Of a stretch of DNA of 54,735 nucleotides, positions 48,059 through 54,735 are shown one piece after another. How positions within the stretch are numbered: the first letter of the stretch is position 1; each line of letters opens with the position of its first letter. Both the position numbers and the translations under genes were made by a program. Origin of the DNA: a virus (Duplodnaviria > Caudoviricetes); the IMG/VR virus record IMGVR_UViG_3300031687_000016, positions 1 through 54,735 of that record. One strand, written 5' to 3'. The notes under the pieces are model-generated. The model was not told the origin of the DNA. It ran no database searches and saw only the letters and a program-made list of their open reading frames with translations.

Positions 48059-50707
48059 CTAAAGTACCTCTGTAATTAACACTCTAGCCTCGTTTGTTGT
48101 TAAAGGCTCTACCGTTGATAGCGTTACTACACTTGTAGACGTTCTATCAACCTGTAATATTAAATTGTCATAAGGTGATTCATTTCTGTAACACTGAACC
48201 ATTACATCTCTTGTTCCTAAATTATGAGATACAGCATAAGTTGTTGCACTGCCATTTCCAATGTTTGCAACCGCATTATGATTGTCTCCAATACAAGTAG
48301 TCACCGCTGCACAGAAGTTTGTTATCTGAGAAGCTGGTATTGCAATCGTTGTGTTTGTTTGTGCTGTAACTTGTCCAAAAGCATTTGTTACAACTCTTGA
48401 TGTCTGTGTTGCAGTACCTGTTGTTGTATTTGCTCCTGCATCTAAGCTAATTGCTCCAGATCCGTTTACATTAATTCCTCCTGCTGTTGGAACGCTTACA
48501 AGTCCTACCGTAGTAGTTGTTGCAATATCAATGTTTGCTTGTACCTCAACAAAATCTCCTTGAACTGAAGTTCCAGCTCCTGCTGCTGTAATACAAATAA
48601 CCTGATCTCCTATTGATAAAGGCTCAGCAGCATTTCCAAAGAAATTACCCGCTGTTGTTACAACATAGAAATCACCGACAGCTATTGCTACCCTTGCAGC
48701 TCCTGATGTTAAGTTAGTTGCTCCTCCGTCAATTACACCTGTTGATGCATTAAATCCTCCTTTAAATTCTAGAAGACCAATAACCGCAGAATTTAACTGA
48801 TTTAAGTTTACTGCGTCAGTTCCTGCTGTTGCTGTTTTAAGGCCTGTAAGTTTATTATTACCCAGTGCAATATCTCCGTTAGGAGTACCCCAATCATTAA
48901 GAGGAATATTGCCAGATAAAATTTTAGCATTTGAACCTCCGTCAACTACAGCTAAGAAATCAGATCCTGAAGTCCATGTTGTTGTTGTAGATAATTCATT
49001 TAAGTCTAAGTTAATCGTTACATCATCTGTTGCGCTTACCGCTGTATCAATTCCTGTAGAACCTTGTATTGTTACTGTGTTACCATTAGTTATAGATTGA
49101 GCAGAACCACTGTCAGCGGCTAAACTCCAAGAACTCATTGAACCTGTTGGCCCTGTGTAAGCTATTGTTACAGCACCTGTCGCCGCTGAAACGCTTATGT
49201 TTGAACCAGCCACAGCTGAAGTAACACCTGTGTTTGATATTGTAACATTTCCTGTTGCGCTACTTACCCCTATGCCTGTTCCTGCAACATTACTAAGAAC
49301 ACCAGTATTTGAAACATCAAGTATAAATCCATTTGAAGATGTTGAAATACCAGTTCCTCCCTGTACATCAACAGTAGCTCCTGCCGTTATGTTTGCACTT
49401 GTACCTGAATCACCAGTTAATAACCACCCGCTATATACGGTAGGTGAAGTTGGCATTGTTACAGTTTTAGTATTTAAAGCTGTTATGTGACCTGTACTAT
49501 TTGTTGTTACAGAATCTACTGCTGTAAATGTTCCTGCCGATCCTGGAGAACCCGCACTAGTAGTATCAGATCTTGAAGTTGTATCGTGAGCTAAAGTTAC
49601 TGTTCTTGTTCCTCCAATAGAGCCGCTTATATATAAACCACCCACTACATCTACAACTTGTCCGTTAGCTACAGTTTGATTTGAACCAGTTGACGAACCA
49701 ATAGTCCATGACGTCATTGTTCCTGCTCCACCACTTGATGCAGCTGTTAATCTACCTTGCGCATCTACTGTAAAATTACCAGAAGTATAAGATCCTGCCG
49801 TAACTGCTGTATTGTCAAGAGATATAGTTAAAACATCTGTTGCAGCTGCTGCCGTAGTTAAACCAGTGCCACCTGTAAATGTTGCGGTGTTTCCGTCACT
49901 TATAGTTTGTGAACCTGAGTCACCAGCCATTGTCCATGAAGACATTGATCCCGTTCCCCCTGTATACGCTATTGTTACCGCTCCAGTTGCACTACTTACA
50001 GATATATTAGATCCAGCTACTGCCGAAGTAACACCCGTATTAGTAAATGTCATTCCTGATGCAGTAGTTGCAGTTCCAATTCCTGTTCCTCCAGCTAAAT
50101 CTACAGTTACTCCATTATTTACTGTTAAGTTAGATCCTGAGTCTCCTTGTAGAACCCATGCAGTATATCCTCCTGGTACTCCCGCCCATGTATTATCACC
50201 TCTTAAAAAAGTAGATGAACTTGGAGAACCTCCAGCAGATAAATCAATAGTACCCACTGTTACAGCTCCTGTTGCTCCTGAATTTACTGTACTAGCTGAA
50301 ACAAATGTTCCGTTAGCATTAGTAAAAGTTGAAACTCCTACAGTATCGGTTCCACTAGAAGCTGCTGTTACAACACCTTGAGCATTAACCGTTACAGTTG
50401 CATGAGTATAAGTTGCTGCTGTTACACCAGAATTTGGCATATTAACAGATATAGTTCCTGAACTTGTAATTGGAGAACTACCAATAGTAAAGTAATTACT
50501 AGATACTGCTACAGAAGTTACTGTACCAGCGTTTGAATCTAAAACAATCCAATTTGATCCATTGTAAAACTTTAACTGATTAGTGTCAGTTCTATATATT
50601 AATTGACCTTCTCCAGTAACGGACGGGTCAGAAGTTAAATTCTGAACCTTAAAGTTTTGTAGCTCGGTATTATTGAGAGATACATTTTGTAAAAAATTGA
50701 TTGCCAT
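48059..50707 (-). CDS. Tail fibre protein (882 aa)
   Basis: GQLIY.T...LKFYNGSNW N-terminus, TVTVNAQG/TVDAQGRLTAAS repeats, five W.(L/M/I)..(D/S)(S/T)G modules, TDAVNLNQL neck, C-terminal SHNLG domain. Confidence 0.75.
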   Translation of the reverse strand: MAINFLQNVSLNNTELQNFKVQNLTSDPSVTGEGQLIYRTDTNQLKFYNGSNWIVLDSNAGTVTSVAVSSNYFTIGSSPITSSGTISVNMPNSGVTAATYTHATVTVNAQGVVTAASSGTDTVGVSTFTNANGTFVSASTVNSGATGAVTVGTIDLSAGGSPSSSTFLRGDNTWAGVPGGYTAWVLQGDSGSNLTVNNGVTVDLAGGTGIGTATTASGMTFTNTGVTSAVAGSNISVSSATGAVTIAYTGGTGSMSSWTMAGDSGSQTISDGNTATFTGGTGLTTAAAATDVLTISLDNTAVTAGSYTSGNFTVDAQGRLTAASSGGAGTMTSWTIGSSTGSNQTVANGQVVDVVGGLYISGSIGGTRTVTLAHDTTSRSDTTSAGSPGSAGTFTAVDSVTTNSTGHITALNTKTVTMPTSPTVYSGWLLTGDSGTSANITAGATVDVQGGTGISTSSNGFILDVSNTGVLSNVAGTGIGVSSATGNVTISNTGVTSAVAGSNISVSAATGAVTIAYTGPTGSMSSWSLAADSGSAQSITNGNTVTIQGSTGIDTAVSATDDVTINLDLNELSTTTTWTSGSDFLAVVDGGSNAKILSGNIPLNDWGTPNGDIALGNNKLTGLKTATAGTDAVNLNQLNSAVIGLLEFKGGFNASTGVIDGGATNLTSGAARVAIAVGDFYVVTTAGNFFGNAAEPLSIGDQVICITAAGAGTSVQGDFVEVQANIDIATTTTVGLVSVPTAGGINVNGSGAISLDAGANTTTGTATQTSRVVTNAFGQVTAQTNTTIAIPASQITNFCAAVTTCIGDNHNAVANIGNGSATTYAVSHNLGTRDVMVQCYRNESPYDNLILQVDRTSTSVVTLSTVEPLTTNEARVLITEVL

Positions 50708-50730
50708 GTTTTTTTCTTTTTTGTGTTATT

Positions 50731-51165
50731 TTAAAATTTATATGTTAAGCTTAGTTTAAGTTCTCCTTTATTATCTTCTTCCATTTTACCAACGCCATCA
50801 TCATCACACATTTCTGCGTCATCACTCATGTCGTACATATAAGATGGTTCTATATATAATTTGTCCCAAACTTTTAAAGAGTACCCTAAACCTAAAGACA
50901 TATCGTTGTCTTCAGTCATTAATCCAGAAACATATAAATTGTCATTAAGACTATATCTTCCAAATAAATCATAATCATCTCCATTCATCATTACTCCTAC
51001 AGTAAACTTATCCATAGTATATCCTAATCCTAAGTTTTCTGTTAAATCTTCTATTGCCCAATCAGCTCCTTCTTCTGGAGAACTTAATGAACTTGTTACC
51101 ATCATTTGTGCTGATGATATAATTGTAAATAAACTTAATACTGCTGTTAAAAATAATTTTGTCAT
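50731..51165 (-). CDS. Small outer-membrane beta-barrel protein with signal peptide
   Basis: From ATG 51165: MTKLFLTAVLSLFTIISSA|Q signal peptide, eight amphipathic strands and C-terminal L.L.Y.F beta-signal. Confidence 0.75.
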   Translation of the reverse strand: MTKLFLTAVLSLFTIISSAQMMVTSSLSSPEEGADWAIEDLTENLGLGYTMDKFTVGVMMNGDDYDLFGRYSLNDNLYVSGLMTEDNDMSLGLGYSLKVWDKLYIEPSYMYDMSDDAEMCDDDGVGKMEEDNKGELKLSLTYKF

Positions 51166-51175
51166 TTTCTTTTTT

Positions 51176-51898
51176 TTAGTTAAAAAATGCCTTACCACTG
51201 GTAGGGCTATTAAATGTTATTGTCACTTGATTCAAACTGTCATACTGTACGTCTGCATACACCACCTCGTTTGCGGAACTTGATACCGATACGGCTGCGT
51301 ATTTGTTAAGTCCATGATTTACTACCCAAGGATTTAAATTAGTTGCCTGAGTAAACACATAGTTCTTGTCCCCTCCTGCTGTGGGAGCATACGTCAGCAA
51401 AGATATAAAATAATCTTTGTCCTTTTCAAGGTTGTTTGCTCCTGCGGTAAAGGTAACTCCTATATTAAAAAAACCTCCCTCAAAAGGTTTTACAACAGAA
51501 GAGTTCCATGTATATATTCCAAATATGGTTGGATTGTCTACTTGAGATATTAATACTGAAGACCCTATTAGTGGTACCGTGTAATAAGGGGATACATTAA
51601 TTAAAGAGTTTATTTGTCTAGAACTAAGAACAAAAGTAGATATACTTGAAAAGGCAGGAGTTCCAGCATCAGGTGCAGCAAAGCTTATTGTGCCGCTTTT
51701 TCGTAATTCTCCTGTTTTCCAGTTTTGATATTTATACCTTAAAGCATTATGTTCTATTTTATTATTTGTATTTAAAAATACTGCAATTTCATCAAAAGTA
51801 AAATTTTTAGTTGCACCATTATTTAAGGCATCAGTTCCAATTACTTTATCAGATCCTACTATTATGCTCTGTATAGGATAACTTGCTATTCTTGACAT
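51176..51898 (-). CDS. Tail fibre adaptor-like structural protein
   Basis: N-terminus resembles that of the 1592-aa fibre (YP...SD..IGTD...T..F); C-terminal VNHGLN domain resembles the end of the 882-aa fibre. Confidence 0.6.
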   Translation of the reverse strand: MSRIASYPIQSIIVGSDKVIGTDALNNGATKNFTFDEIAVFLNTNNKIEHNALRYKYQNWKTGELRKSGTISFAAPDAGTPAFSSISTFVLSSRQINSLINVSPYYTVPLIGSSVLISQVDNPTIFGIYTWNSSVVKPFEGGFFNIGVTFTAGANNLEKDKDYFISLLTYAPTAGGDKNYVFTQATNLNPWVVNHGLNKYAAVSVSSSANEVVYADVQYDSLNQVTITFNSPTSGKAFFN

Positions 51899-52302
51899 TT
51901 CTTGTTTTTTATTTTAGTTCCTTTTTCGTATGAACGCCCCCCAAAGTATGCTGTAACAGCTGTTATTAGCAATACTTTTAATAGATCCTTCCATTCATCA
52001 TCAACTACAAAGGTAATAAATCCTGAGTCAATAAAAATAAGCAATATTGTACTTACGATTAAGGTGATTAAGACTAGTGGTCTTACAGATTTAGAAAGCT
52101 TGTTGTCAGAAGACATATCGCTAACCCACCTTTCTGTTACATTTTTTTGTTTTTCAATTTGCGCCTTATTTAACAGCTCAATCATTTCTTTTTTAAACGC
52201 AACTTTTTCATCAGGTGTATGAACAAACCTATCAACCACATTACTAAATTTATCGGCGACTTCTGCTCCTGCGGAACCAAATATGTTTTTCCAAAAACTC
52301 AT
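51886..52302 (-). CDS. Holin (GTA 3TM-holin-like family)
   Basis: RWVSDMSSDNKLSKSVRPL, hydrophobic helices, AYFGGRSYEK; next to the amidase. Confidence 0.8.
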   Translation of the reverse strand: MSFWKNIFGSAGAEVADKFSNVVDRFVHTPDEKVAFKKEMIELLNKAQIEKQKNVTERWVSDMSSDNKLSKSVRPLVLITLIVSTILLIFIDSGFITFVVDDEWKDLLKVLLITAVTAYFGGRSYEKGTKIKNKKCQE

Positions 52303-52715
52303 ATTATTTTTTTATATTCTTCATACGCATTAAAACTTGGACATGGCTTAGTGGAGAAATCATTGTGTCCGCTTACTGTTGCTGCGTTGTGACATTTTTT
52401 CAACATTTTTATTAAAATTAAGAGGGACTCTTTTTGTTCTTCTGTCCTGGTGTCTTCCCAGTCTAACATATCCCTGCTCTTTCCTCCTATATAACATATC
52501 CCTACACTGTCTCTATTATGGCCTCTAACGTGAGCGCCTGATTTATCTACCATTCTCCCATACTCTATAGAACCGTCCAGTCTAACTACAAAATGATAAC
52601 CTATATCGTCCCATCCATTGCCCTTAACATGCCAGTCTCTTATATCTTCAGCACTAAAATCTTTATTTCGTGGAGTTGCGGAGCAATGAACAATAATTTT
52701 TGTTATTGTTCTCAT
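52299..52715 (-). CDS. Endolysin, N-acetylmuramoyl-L-alanine amidase (T7 lysozyme-like)
   Basis: IIVHCSAT, GWDDIGYHF, GAHVRGHN, GICYIGG, GHNDF...CPSF zinc-amidase motifs. Confidence 0.95.
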   Translation of the reverse strand: MRTITKIIVHCSATPRNKDFSAEDIRDWHVKGNGWDDIGYHFVVRLDGSIEYGRMVDKSGAHVRGHNRDSVGICYIGGKSRDMLDWEDTRTEEQKESLLILIKMLKKCHNAATVSGHNDFSTKPCPSFNAYEEYKKII

Positions 52716-52718
52716 AAT

Positions 52719-52985
52719 TTATTTTCTTAATTGATAGACTCTGTCGTCCAGCCTTGTTAACATTTCTTTCATCTCCATCATTTCAGTTTTTATAAAAACT
52801 AACTCTTTTTGGATTTCTATCATTTGTTCCGTTGGAGTTTGACTTGGGACTGGTAATTCCTTTGCTATTTGAATATCCGCCTGCAAAGAATAATACATTC
52901 CCACCATACTTCCTACTAACACTATGATAGTAATAAGGTTTTTAGGACTAAGACTAACTTTTGTGTTTTCAGAAATAACTGTCAT
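52719..52985 (-). CDS. Single-TM plus coiled-coil protein, possible lysis accessory
   Basis: LITIIVLVGSMVGMYY helix followed by a heptad-like region; directly upstream of the amidase. Confidence 0.55.
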   Translation of the reverse strand: MTVISENTKVSLSPKNLITIIVLVGSMVGMYYSLQADIQIAKELPVPSQTPTEQMIEIQKELVFIKTEMMEMKEMLTRLDDRVYQLRK

Positions 52986-52986
52986 A

Positions 52987-53784
52987 TTACCAAATAGCTA
53001 AACAGCTTGTTAGAGCAGAAGTTGATGTTCCTGTGTCAAACAGTTGTTTTATTTGTATAGGTAAGTATTCCCCTACTTTAAAGTTAGTGAATGTTACATC
53101 GTTGTTTGCAGAAGTCAATACTCTAATATTTACATACTGAGTTGCAGCGCTCATAGCGTCAGGGGCAGTATTAGTTCCTACATATAACAAACAACATTCA
53201 GATGATAGCATTACAGTTGGTTGCGCCCCTTTTCCTCCTGCTAAAAATATACGATAAGTATCGTCAAATGTAATAAGAGATCCAAATATATCTACGTCTA
53301 ACGTAAGAACGCTGCCATTAACAAAAGTTACTAAAGCTTGTGTATTAGCCGTTGTATTAAACACTATATCTCCTGCACTAACGCCTAATGCTGAAAAATC
53401 TTTACCTATATCAATTAAAACATTTGATCTTATAATATGATAATTTTCTCCACCAGCAACTACTGCAAAAATATTAGCAGTTAACTCTAATAGCGTAGGG
53501 TCTACTTTAATAATATTTGCGTTACCTGCATTAGATACGTTAAATATACGATCTGTACCCGCAGCTGTTGTTAGTACAGGTCTTGGGGGTGTTGTTCCTG
53601 TAAAGTTTCCTGTTGTATCAATACATTCAGCTCCTCCGCCGCTGCTCGTTGTTGCAGACGATACTACTGCCTGACTAACACCTGTTATTACTGAAACTTG
53701 AGGTAAATTTGGAATGTGATTTGTATCGCTTGCAAGAACTGTAAGTGCTTGATTTGTGTTTACTACTATTTTTTGATATGCCAT
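52987..53784 (-). CDS. Putative structural protein with two copies of the shared inserted beta domain
   Basis: Core ALTVLASD...LLYVG...VTFTNFKVGEYLPIQIKQLFDTGT...LAIW interrupted by about 155 aa of repeat domain. Confidence 0.6.
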   Translation of the reverse strand: MAYQKIVVNTNQALTVLASDTNHIPNLPQVSVITGVSQAVVSSATTSSGGGAECIDTTGNFTGTTPPRPVLTTAAGTDRIFNVSNAGNANIIKVDPTLLELTANIFAVVAGGENYHIIRSNVLIDIGKDFSALGVSAGDIVFNTTANTQALVTFVNGSVLTLDVDIFGSLITFDDTYRIFLAGGKGAQPTVMLSSECCLLYVGTNTAPDAMSAATQYVNIRVLTSANNDVTFTNFKVGEYLPIQIKQLFDTGTSTSALTSCLAIW

Positions 53785-53813
53785 TTTTTTATATTAGAGG
53801 GTTAAAAATCTCT

Positions 53814-53999
53814 TTATTTACTATAAGGAAATGCTCTGTTTAAAGAATCTTTCCGATCGTTACATCCACAGTCAGATTTACCAGCTGCTTTTGCCATTTT
53901 TTGTGCTAACTTATCAAGCCCTGTTGCGCTTGTTAATTTTGCTATTGAATCTCCTAATCCTGCTGACCTATTAACTACTTTATTATCTCTTTGTTTCAT
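53814..53999 (-). CDS. Small protein with GLGD and DCGC..RK..LN motifs
   Basis: ORF track 53814..54023; ATG 53999 avoids overlap with the upstream ORF. Confidence 0.7.
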   Translation of the reverse strand: MKQRDNKVVNRSAGLGDSIAKLTSATGLDKLAQKMAKAAGKSDCGCNDRKDSLNRAFPYSK

Positions 54000-54013
54000 G
54001 AGCTTATTTACAT

Positions 54014-54142
54014 CTATTTGCACTTACACAACTTGTTAGGACAGTTTTCTATGTCAAAAGACATAAATCTCATTAACTCGTTCCACTTGCACTGTAACTT
54101 ACAATACAAAGATACTAATCTTATCTTTAGGTTTTTTAACAT
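54014..54142 (-). CDS. 42-aa Cys/Lys-rich protein
   Basis: Hand-translated MLKNLKIRLVSLYCKLQCKWNELMRFMSFDIENCPNKLCKCK; starts 1 nt after the upstream stop. Confidence 0.6.
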   Translation of the reverse strand: MLKNLKIRLVSLYCKLQCKWNELMRFMSFDIENCPNKLCKCK

Positions 54143-54143
54143 A

Positions 54144-54296
54144 TTATTGAGGTCTTCTTTCTCTTTGATTAACTATTGTCTTAGGTCTAGCTGTTATATG
54201 CTGAACATGAGCATCTTTTTCTACCCATTTAGAAACAGGTGTTTTTAATTCTTTTTTTTCTACTAAATCTTTTTTCTTACTTTTATTTTTAGCCAT
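54144..54296 (-). CDS. 50-aa basic protein
   Basis: Hand-translated MAKNKSKKKDLVEKK...NQRERRPQ. Confidence 0.6.
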   Translation of the reverse strand: MAKNKSKKKDLVEKKELKTPVSKWVEKDAHVQHITARPKTIVNQRERRPQ

Positions 54297-54313
54297 TTTG
54301 ATTAATTTAATTA

Positions 54314-54460
54314 TTATTTTTTAGCCATTTTTTTAAAAGTCTTTGCTAAATTATATCGCTTAGACCCAGGAGGACATGAACTGCTCCCAAACTTTTTACC
54401 CGTGCAAGGCTTGTCAGTTCTCATTCCCTTAACTGCTTTTTGTATCCAGTTATTAGCCAT
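54314..54460 (-). CDS. 48-aa basic protein with two Cys
   Basis: Hand-translated MANNWIQKAVKGMRTDKPCTGKKFGSSSCPPGSKRYNLAKTFKKMAKK. Confidence 0.65.
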   Translation of the reverse strand: MANNWIQKAVKGMRTDKPCTGKKFGSSSCPPGSKRYNLAKTFKKMAKK

Positions 54461-54462
54461 GA

Positions 54463-54654
54463 CTATTTTAAATGATCGTGTCTAACTACTTTTGCAGTGT
54501 GTCTGTATGACATAGACTTATCAGCCCCATATTTATGTCCGTACATTTTTTTTGACATTCCTTCCGACTCATGTCTTCTTGATGACATAGATTGAGACTT
54601 ATTACCATTTCTAGCTCCTAGTGACTCATTTAATCTTGAATTATATCCTTGCAT
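54463..54654 (-). CDS. 63-aa basic, probably disordered protein
   Basis: ORF track; QGYNSRLNESLG...SRRHESEGM; tightly packed with neighbours. Confidence 0.7.
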   Translation of the reverse strand: MQGYNSRLNESLGARNGNKSQSMSSRRHESEGMSKKMYGHKYGADKSMSYRHTAKVVRHDHLK

Positions 54655-54671
54655 AATTTTTATTTTTTATA

Positions 54672-54734
54672 TTAATAACTTGAACTCATTTTTTTCTCCA
54701 TGCCGTAACCTGGATTGTTTTTCTTTGTTCCTCC
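54672..54734 (-). CDS. 3' end of a small basic protein truncated by the window edge
   Basis: ...GGTKKNNPGYGMEKKMSSSY stop. Confidence 0.45.
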   Translation of the reverse strand, partial: GGTKKNNPGYGMEKKMSSSY

Positions 54735-54735
54735 G

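Larger units (their letters stand above)
1..54735. mobile_element. Partial genome of a tailed dsDNA phage (podovirus-type) of a Bacteroidota/Flavobacteriia host
   Basis: Terminase, portal, capsid, nozzle, ejection, lysis and replication genes in two convergent arms; no cellular housekeeping genes; TAnnTTTG promoter boxes; no tape measure or sheath gene seen. Confidence 0.93.

Noticed and set aside
41738-50381. Plus-strand Val/Pro-rich ORFs up to 189 aa (41738, 42200, 43088, 46668, 47487, 48351, 49197, 49812)
   Set aside because: Antisense shadows of Gly/Thr-rich fibre codons, which rarely create stops on the opposite strand
39166-50707. Diversity-generating retroelement or shufflon acting on the fibre genes
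   Set aside because: No reverse transcriptase or invertase seen, no near-identical template/variable repeat pair and no inverted cassettes; the repeats are diverged in-frame protein modules
54107-54114. TATCTTTG box on the - strand as another promoter
   Set aside because: It lies inside the 42-aa ORF rather than in an intergenic gap; possible but unsupported
1-54735. Stop-codon reassignment as in some crAss-like phages
   Set aside because: Genes are long and intact under the standard code, coding density is high, and TAG and TGA end genes at sensible boundaries

Overview
The whole window is AT-rich tailed-phage DNA with podovirus-type organisation, and the host is almost certainly a Bacteroidota (Flavobacteriia-like) bacterium. 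The host call rests on seven intergenic TAnnTTTG (-7) promoter boxes, A-rich leaders without Shine-Dalgarno motifs, and a BT4734/VirE-N primase. From recall, not a database search, it resembles the Cellulophaga phi38:1-like and uncultured marine flavobacterial podoviruses, distant relatives of crAss-like phages. The + strand arm (1-10078) holds small early ORFs, DUF3310, a stand-alone DnaA C-terminal domain, a Sak-like annealing protein, an exonuclease, a probable SSB, a primase-helicase, a SNF2 helicase, VRR-NUC and a metallophosphoesterase. The convergent - strand arm (54735-10044) holds tiny basic proteins, amidase and holin, an outer-membrane beta-barrel, a multi-gene fibre cassette, a GroES-like protein, terminase, portal, scaffold, major capsid protein, three paralogous putative decoration proteins, ring and nozzle proteins, and three ejection proteins. 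I saw no DNA polymerase, RNA polymerase, integrase, reverse transcriptase, tRNA or CRISPR array. The best leads are: (1) a structured RNA element with a conserved loop present twice, 29 kb apart; (2) a ~70-aa domain inserted five times into three unrelated virion-module proteins; (3) a paralogous gene triplet with an exact 39-bp leader repeat; (4) a split nozzle gene with a Cys-rich insert; (5) fibres built from adhesin-like modules with shared end domains; (6) an 8-stranded outer-membrane barrel inside the fibre cassette. All family calls come from motif recognition by eye.
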